The position numbers were made by a program, and so were the translations under genes. The notes under the pieces are model-generated. The model searched no databases. It was not told the origin of the DNA and worked only from the letters and a program-made list of their open reading frames with translations. DNA of 60,000 nt from Botryllus schlosseri (taxonomy: Eukaryota): the NCBI GenBank assembly GCA_051294905.1, contig CM119371.1, forward strand, positions 18,354,001 through 18,414,000. Reading direction: 5' to 3'. Positions 52,174 through 60,000 of the stretch are shown in pieces; the first letter of the stretch is position 1, and every line of letters starts with the position of its first letter.

Positions 52174-52553
52174 AATCCATTGGGTTATAATTTTCATCCG
52201 AACAAGCTATACAAGCTACACATACGATGTACAATGCGATAAGACACAATGCAATGTAACGAACGGATAGGAGGATGTCGAACGACACGCATCAGTAGCG
52301 ATCCTTTACTTGAACATCCACCCTGGGCTATAGTGCCCGATGTCACAGTTCTTTTTCGATGTTGATCTTTTTGAAGCCGTGGCCCATTCTACTAGTTCTT
52401 TCCATTCCTTGTGAGTGCTTTCTTTCTTCGGGTCTTTTTTCTGGGCTTTTTCTGGGCGGGGGAAGAGGAGCCCAAATGAGCCTCCGACGGGAATCGAACT
52501 GGATCCGTCAGCATTGGGGGGCGCTTATCGTCACCACTACGCTACCTCCCCCG
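52174..52553 (-). mobile_element. tRNA-derived SINE with a LINE-like 3' end
   Basis: A-box TAGCGTAGTGG (52534-52544) and B-box AGTTCGATTCCC (52489-52500) on the minus strand; tail resembles the LINE terminus. Confidence 0.72.
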
Positions 52554-52676
52554 CTCGTCGTCGAGAATGTCCGCATTCAATTCGAAATACAAGCATTTTT
52601 TTCTAAATGGATAGTAGCCAGCCTTCAGGATTACCGGACCACGACCTAACACCGACCTCGCCTTCCGCCACATGCC

Positions 52677-52938
52677 CAGAGGTGGTCAAAGTAGTAGCCG
52701 TCGCCACTCAAGCAGAAGAAGAAGTAACACCGGAATTTATACTCAAGTAGAAGTAGAAGTGGGGTTTCACAAGTAAGTAAGTAGGTATTCTACGCTTATT
52801 TTTGCCTACAAAACTGAAAACTGTCAAGTAGAAGTAGAAGTAGTCTAAAATCATACCTACTTAAAAAGTAGTGTGAGTAGGCAAAATCTACTTCAAGTAC
52901 TTCAAAAAGTAGAAGTACTTCGTTACTGACCACCTCTG
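52677..52938. mobile_element. hAT MITE with AAGTAG repeats
   Basis: TIR cagaggtggtca / tgaccacctctg; TSD cacatgcc/cacatgtc; partial copy near 24631. Confidence 0.82.
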
Positions 52939-53488
52939 CACATGTCACCTCATTTTGTCGCTAATGCGTCTTATATTCTCTGCATTACTTTTCACTCACT
53001 GTGCAAGCCTCTTCTTTACTTCGCCTAGTCTAAGGTGGGTATCTGATCTTAAAGGCTACTCCAAGTTGTTATAACTATGTTTTGTGATATCGAATGGTTC
53101 GCATCTATAATTTACTAATTTTTCTCACTTTTAATAGTTTCTGGTCGCATTTTCAAGTACCAGTACCAATAGACGAACACCCAATAGGGTGGTTATAGGC
53201 TATACTTTACTACTATTCGATATTACAATGAAACGTCGCTCTTGGCCGTCTGAGTCTCGAGTCATGATATGACTTGGTTCGAGTCATGCGACACATATTG
53301 ACTCGAGTCGAGTCATTTACGTATTTTGAGAAAAAGACTCGAGTAAAGTCGAGTTATCAGAAAATCGTGACTTGAGTCTGACTCGAGTCATTACAACCCT
53401 GCTGCTTTGCGACACTATATACCTTGTTTATGGGTTAAGTTGAAACGATAATCAACGTATTTCATCCGGACATAACAACCCAATTATG

Positions 53489-54303
53489 CAGGGTTGTAAC
53501 GAAGTCACAAGATTCCGAGTCACGAGTCAATCTCACTTTTCTAGTTTTGACTCGAGTCTAGTCGAGTCATTTTCAATTAACCACCGAATCAAGTCCGAAT
53601 TCAAGTCCTTGTGTTGACTGTTCATTTTCTAGTAGTCTTCTTACTTAAGCCCAATTTTTACAACTCTTTTAGGTGATACTGAATGCTTCGCATTCATAAT
53701 AACTTAACTTTCAACACTTTCAACAATTTCTGATCGCATTTTCTGGTACCAGCACTAATAAACTAGGACGGTCATATTTTGGAATCGGGATATGAGGACA
53801 TTTTTATCAAACCATGAAAGTTAGTTTATTGAAATTGAAAACAGCTGATTTTGAAATATTTACTGAAAATCTCGTAGTGTTGACAAAAAACGGCCATGAC
53901 TCCAACTCGACTCCCGAATGACCCGCTCGAACGTCCGCAATACGTATTTCGCGTCTATGACGATTTTCAGTTGACCCTCTCCATTGGCAACTGTCAGAGC
54001 TGTACAGGAGCACGAATGTCCGGAAAGGAGGACATTTAGGCGTCCTCCGAGGACATTTTCAATTTTCTGAAAAACGATGACAAATCCTCTTGAAGGAGGA
54101 CGTATTGTAACCCTATAGGCCCAGATAAACGAAATGCGGAAAGTGAGATAGCTCTGCTGTTTCAAAATAGGAAATGCCAGCCCTGTCCGTAGGAGCCTCG
54201 AGTCATATGACTTGGTCCGAGTCCGAGGCATGCGCAATGACTCGAGTATAAGTCGAGTCAATACACAGATTGACTCAAGTGCAGTCGAGTCATTACAACC
54301 CTG
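53489..54303 (-). mobile_element. Family B copy with a nested F-type element
   Basis: TIR cagggttgtaa / ttacaaccctg; perfect TSD caattatg. Another B fragment lies at ~53110-53401. Confidence 0.87.
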
Positions 54304-54764
54304 CAATTATGATGCGGAAATGAAGCTATTCATTGGAAATTTCATGATTTGTTTTATGGACATAGTCACATGAGCTTATTTATCAGTCTGTTGAGAAATT
54401 CAAACCGCTTTTGAGTAGCACTATGTTTGTCCAAACTACATAATGCAATATTTTCAATATTATACGGTTTTCTTACAATCGCGGCACACAGCCTGGCAAT
54501 CACTTATTAAGTACGTACAGGACCAGGATTTTGGATTCTAACCGGAACGGCATCCGGCAAGTTTTTTGTAGAACAACGGGATTGGATCAGTAAAATATTT
54601 TTAGTAGAATTGGATGTAGCCTAAATATGAGAACTTTAGTTAGTAGCGCGAGTAGGCAAGAGATATAGCCTACTTGAGTGCCATGAAAAAGTATAGATAT
54701 AGGCCTACACTTCGTTACTGACCAAGTGACCATACATGTGGACGACAGGGGCACATGATGCTAT

Positions 54765-55395
54765 CTTCATGATAGAAAACGGTGTCTATCCCAATAATAT
54801 AAAAGCAGCCAGAGTGATCCCGATACACGAAGCTGGCGTAAGAATTATGTCACCATCTGCAGACCAACATCTGTTCTCCCATGTGTCGGGATTGTATTCG
54901 AAAAATTGCTCCTTTCCCGCCTATCTTCATACCTTGCCAAGATGTCTATAATTTCCTCTCATCAATTTGGCTTCCGCAACAAACACCAAACCTCACATGC
55001 CCCCCCCCCCCCCCCTCCCAACAGTGACTGAGAAGTAATACGGAATCCTGGAGACGCTAAATGTGGGGTCTAGAATTTTCCTTGATCTAAAAAAGCCTTC
55101 GACTGCGTGCCAAACATGATATGATGGGGTGCTGCCAGTGTTAGCGCAGTCAAGCCACTGCAAAAACTTCAACATCAGGTTCTACGTATCATGGGCAAGG
55201 CCGTGCCAAGGTTGTGCGCCTGTGCGGCTATCAAATCAATGCTCAAAAGATTCGGTTTCCCAAATATGAAAGATATAGAGAAACTATAAATTGCCAAGTC
55301 TAGGTATCAGTTCCATTGTGGTTAGATCCCCGAAACTTTCAATGAGTTCTTTACCTCGGTATCAAAAGTAGCCTACTACGCACGCGCGTCCTCGT
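54765..55395 (+). pseudogene. Decayed LINE reverse-transcriptase fragments
   Basis: ENGVYPNNIKAARVIPIH, frameshifted RP.SVL...FEKLL, QFGFR and IFLDLKK/AFD motifs; C-terminal fragment at 55240-55395. Confidence 0.78.
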
Positions 55396-55502
55396 TTTCC
55401 ATCTGAACATGCGACATCATAGCATGCGACATTGGGCATGCGACACATGATCATGTGGGTTAAATTATGAGTTATGGGTTATGGATGTGTTACGGCTGAC
55501 TT

Positions 55503-56791
55503 TAGGGCTGGCAACCTTTTTGTGCAGCGTGCCAAAATGTCAAATTATTACCAGCTTGCTTGCCAAACATTCAATTTATAAATATTTAACGTTTTAAGCA
55601 CGGACCATCAATCGTTTTTCTACAACTGGCAACGGAATCCGTTACGCCAGTGATTCTGGAATTATTGGTCACGAAAGGAAAATGTTTTGGTCGCTACAGC
55701 ACCCGACCTATCGCTTAGGCCTACATATTAATTTATTTTCAGTCGCTCAATGATCGATCGTCTAGCTGTGGTTGATTTGGTCGTTTCCATGTTCACTGTG
55801 TTCGGCACCATATCCAATGATTGACAGGCCAATCAGTGTTGTTACGATTAGGCTATATAGTCTGATGATGATGAAAAATGTGCCCACGCCCGTATCATGC
55901 TATCATTCAAGTCGGTTTGGTGTTACATTAATGTTGGTATGACACTAGATTTGCCTGCAGAAGTCACGGTAAAGCGATAACGATTATCGTTGCTCCAGAT
56001 GTATTGGAATCGCTTGCACACCAGACGAAACTAACAGAATATCTTTTTGGGAGATACGAACACGATTAAAAACTCACGTTTTAGCTCGGGGCTCATTATT
56101 TTCCTAAGCGGGTCTCATTTGATACATGAGGGTCAAGCTGCAGCTGCTGGGCTATTAGGCGCTAGTCACTTTGGCCCCTTGACATGCAGTGGACATATCA
56201 ATGTCGAACGTTTTGGCCTGCATTGAAAGGTTATTGTGTAAAGGTTTTACCGACGTTAATCATTTTGGCAACGCATACACCACACGGGAGTTGCATGGTC
56301 GCATTTTGCCCGAAACTTTATATCTAGGTCGTGTCTTCTATAGCGTAAAAATGCCCATCACTTGAATGCAGGTTCATATAATAGTGCTCCCCCTTAAGCT
56401 GCTGCACTTCCGTAGGCACAGTGAACACTCCTAGACTAACGCATCAAAACGGTTTCATACGATATTCGGTTGACATTCTTTCTTAACTGCTAATACGGTC
56501 GACTCATTTCTGTACATTTTCTACGTATTTATTTAGTGGGGTTTCCCAGTCCCACATTATAATCAAGACATCAGGTAAGATAAGTAAAATCTACCCGAAA
56601 AGACTTTATTTTATGTTGATTTACGAAATAATAATTTAGAACCGCATACGAGCTTCGCACATTTTGAAAACTTCTGTTTCCCTTTTTGGAAGACCATGAT
56701 CTCAATAATGTCGTTTGCGTCATTTGGCATGTCATGAAAAATCATCTCCTGTGCCACAAAAGATACGCGTGCCAGGGGTAGCCGACTCCTG
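55503..56791. mobile_element. hAT-like element (Buster/Charlie-type ends)
   Basis: tagggctggcaaccttttt...gcgtgcca start and cgcgtgccaggggtagccgactcctg end; TSD not clear. Confidence 0.55.
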
Positions 56792-57046
56792 GGTTAGAGT
56801 AAGGCTTAGGGTTAGGATATATAGGGGTAATTTTAGAGTTATTTCTCGGGTTAGGGTTAGTTTTGGGGTTACATATTCTCTGCTTTACTTTTCATTCAGT
56901 GTGCATGCCTCTTCTTCACTTAGCCTAGTCCAAGATCTGTCATGGTCGAGTATAAAGATCAACGCTCTATCAGTTATGCCGCATCTGATGTATGGAACAG
57001 TATAGGCTATCTCGCCGGCTATCCGTCAGTCGTCGAGCATGTCCAT

Positions 57047-57664
57047 TAGGGCTGTTCAAAAATAACTTTTTTTCCTGAATCTTGCTGGTTACTTGATTAA
57101 ATCGTTAGGTTGCCTTAAAAAACGACGCACACCAAATTTGAATTCATTCCGACAAATATTCGCGGTTTACGTAGAGTTTGAATATTTTGGATTTGCCCAT
57201 AAACGCAAAAAAAAAATTTTTTCAAATTTTTCTGCCAACCCCATGAAATTGTTGGGCTGTCTTCAAAAACTATGCAAAACAAATTTGACTCAATTCCAAG
57301 CCGTAGAAGCGGAGTTATTCCAGTTTTTCGGTGATAATTCTTGGATTATCCACCAATCAAGGATAATCCCAGAATTATCGAATAAAAACTGAAATAACTC
57401 CGCTTCTACGGCTTGGAATTGAGTCAAATTTGTTTTGCATAGTTTTTGAAGACAGCCCAACAATTTCATGGGGTTGGCAGAAAAATTTGAAAAAAAATTT
57501 TTTTTGCGTTTTTGGGCAAATCCAAAATTTTCAAACTCTACGTAACCCGCGAATATTTGTCGGAATGAATTCAAATTTGGTATGCGTCGTTTTTTAAGGC
57601 AACCTAACGATTTAATCAAGTAACCAGCAAGATTCAGGAAAAAAGTTATTTTTGAACAGCCCTA
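57047..57664. mobile_element. Near-perfect 618-bp palindromic hAT MITE
   Basis: ~305-bp inverted arms with a ~9-nt loop; perfect TSD atgtccat; inserted in a LINE fragment. Confidence 0.93.
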
Positions 57665-58172
57665 ATGTCCATGTCCACATTCAAGTCAAAATACAAGCAA
57701 TTCCTACCGAATGAATACTAGATGGCCGTCTACTATACCGGAGTCGGACTCGAGTCGAGTCATGACTCATCGAGTCATTAAAACCCTGCCAAGTCGTTTC
57801 GATACCCACATCTCTTTTCGTTGTAGCCTAACGCAGGTGTTCTGAAATGATGAAATTTCAATAATAAACTGAGATTAACTGGACTGAAGAAGGATTATTT
57901 TAAAATTAAAATTGACGGATATAGCTTGGATTATGATTCCGTCTTATAGAACCGGATATAGCGTAGGGTTACCATATTTTTGTGAGGCAAATTCCGAACA
58001 CTCTTTAGCGCCCAATAGCGGATCATAAAATGAGGTAGGACACATTGTGTGTCGACATGACATCACACTAGCAAAGCTTTGCCGAGACGGACTTTCAGCA
58101 TTCCCGTGGCCACTTACTGTCCACGGATAATTTCGTGGCCGGCCACAGATATTCCGTGGCCGGCCATGACAA

Positions 58173-59845
58173 CATAGTGTCCTATATGGTGTCGACACAA
58201 GCAAATCTCACGGTTCAATGAAATTGTATCACGTCACAATTTCCATTTGGCTACAGGCAATTTGACGGTTATCTTTGACCGGTTTGCCGAGCAATAAATT
58301 TGATGAATCGGGTATCAATCGAAAGCTGACTCTGCACTGATTACGAAAATATAAATTTTATTCCAGTCATGGCCCTGGAACCCCCACAATCAGCCCCAAA
58401 TTATTAATTGTTGAGTAGATTGACCGTGTGTCGCAACAATGCTGTCTAGCGAAACGAGAGAGAAACTCAAGAGCAAGGATGCGGCCGAGCGGCGAGAGTG
58501 GGATCAGCTGACGTCGCGGCAATAGCTATGTGCATGTGCAATCGCGTCGCAGAGAAGCGCTGCGCTGTTGATACGTTTTCTATTTGCTTCGGTAAAACCG
58601 AGCACGCCTTATCAGCCTTTCCTTGACTTTTAAGGGTAGAAATGGGTCCACAGAATGTATTAGGGCCCTACCAATTTTCGCGCATTATCCTTCAACTGAT
58701 AGAGATATTTAGGCTACGTCTAAATTGTCTACATTGGATATGTCACATTATTATGATATCGATTGCCTTAGCCCGCTAGTTGCGTAGGGCTCCAGAGACG
58801 CGTGGCGCTGTTGATACTTTCTATAGGCGCTTCGCTAAAAGCGAGCACACATTACCAGCCTTTCCTTGATTTGTAAAGGTAGAACTGGGTCCACAGAATG
58901 TATTTGGTCCCTACCAATTTTCGCGCAATATCCTTCAGCTGATAGAGATATGTAGGCTACGCCTAAGTAGTCTACATTGGATATGTCACATTATTATGAT
59001 ATCGATTGCCTTAGCCCGCTAGTTGCGTAGGGCTCCAGAGACGCGTGGCGCTGTTGATACGTTCTATAGGCGCTTCGCTAAAAGCGAGCACACATTACCA
59101 GCCTTTCCTTGATTTATAAAGGTAGAACTGGGTCCACAGAATGTATTTGGTCCCTACCAATTTTCGCGCAATATCCTTCAGCTGATAGAGATATGTAGGC
59201 TACGCCTAAGTAGTCTATACATTGGATATGTCACATTATTATGATATCGATTGCCTTAGCCCGCTAGTTGCGTAGGGCTCCAGAGACGCGTGGCGCTGTT
59301 GATACTTTCTATAGGCGCTTCGCTAAAAGCGAGCACACATTACCAGCCTTTCCTTGATTTGTAAAGGTAGAACTGGGTCCACAGAATGTATTTGGGACCT
59401 ACGAATTTTCCTGCAATATCCTTCAACTTATAGAGATCCTTCCGTCTAAGTATAGCTAGGTTAGTTATCTATAATTGCACAATTGCACATAGCCATTGCC
59501 GCGACGTCAGCTGATCCCACTCTCGCCGCTCGGCCGCATCCTTGCTCTTGAGTTTCTCTCTCGTTCCGCCAGACAGCATTGTTGCGTCACACTGCCAATC
59601 TACTCAACAATGAATAATTTGGGGCTGATTGTGGGGGTTCCAGGGCCATGAGTGGAATAAAATTTATATTTTCGTAATCAGTGCAGAATTAGCTTTCGAT
59701 TGATACCCGATCCATCAAATTTATTGCTCGGCAAGCCGGTCAAAAATAACCGTTAAATTGCCTGTAGCCAAATGGAAATTGTGACGTGATACAATTTCAT
59801 TGAGCCGTGAGATTTGCTTGTATCGACACCATATAGGACACTATG
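58173..59845. mobile_element. Foldback-type element with ~370-bp TIRs and an internal tandem array
   Basis: catagtgtcctatatggtgtcga... / ...tcgacaccatataggacactatg; flanks atgacaa / gtgacaa. Confidence 0.88.
58562..59445. repeat. 243-bp tandem repeat, ~3.6 copies
   Basis: gcgctgttgatac recurs at 58562, 58805, 59048 and 59293. Confidence 0.93.
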
Positions 59846-59859
59846 GTGACAAGTGCAAT

Positions 59860-59990
59860 TCTGTGGCCAGCCATGATGATTTTCATGGCCGGCCATGAAA
59901 TTTCAGTATGGACGGCCATGAAATTTCCATGGCCGGCCATGTCAAACTCATTCTCATGGCCGGCCATGACTAAATTTCATGGCCGGCTGC
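59860..59990. repeat. GGCCGGCCATGA minisatellite-like array (left part at 58105-58172)
   Basis: ~20-22 bp units on both sides of the foldback insertion. Confidence 0.7.
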
Positions 59991-60000
59991 AATATATCAA

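Larger units (their letters stand above)
51921..53050 (+). mobile_element. LINE 3' fragment interrupted by a SINE and a MITE
   Basis: LLKRFGVLNIEDMRKLE / YNTRASTK...SIKYAGPQFWNSL; 3' UTR matches 38530-38660. Confidence 0.82.

Noticed and set aside
55000..55015. Poly-C run as a functional G-quadruplex
   Set aside because: It is a simple homopolymer within a decayed LINE, with no supporting context.
56790..56872. True telomere or chromosome fusion site
   Set aside because: The tract is short, highly degenerate, in one orientation only and embedded in repeats.
57093..57619. Two near-identical ORFs on opposite strands
   Set aside because: They are mirror translations of a palindromic MITE, with non-ATG starts and no recognisable domain.
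58562..59445. Possible CRISPR-like array
   Set aside because: The 243-bp units repeat in full with no unique spacers, there are no cas genes, and the context is eukaryotic.

Overview
This is eukaryotic (animal) genomic DNA, AT-rich, with no prokaryotic features. It may be an invertebrate such as an ascidian, but the taxon cannot be confirmed from the sequence. The only convincing host genes are three co-oriented (minus-strand) tandem C2H2 zinc-finger genes at ~16-17 kb, ~41.9-43.2 kb and ~49.2-50.5 kb. Two of them are clear paralogues, all three use a non-canonical H-[TAS]-G-[VIL]-K-x-H-x-C linker, and each carries lesions (frameshifts or broken fingers). Most of the rest is a dense mosaic of non-autonomous DNA transposons. 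At least ten hAT-type families have readable terminal inverted repeats (TIRs) and 8-bp target-site duplications (TSDs), nest three or more levels deep and nest reciprocally. Also present are a hAT transposase C-terminal remnant, pogo/Tigger-like and piggyBac-like MITEs, near-perfect palindromic elements and a foldback element carrying a 243-bp tandem array. Retroelements include L2/CR1-group LINE fragments and tRNA-derived SINEs, one sharing its 3' end with the LINE. I found no solid evidence for a wholly new biological system. The most interesting signals are the rapidly turning-over ZNF cluster inside a transposon jungle, the SINE-LINE pair and the satellite-bearing foldback element. Family letters A-H are my own labels.
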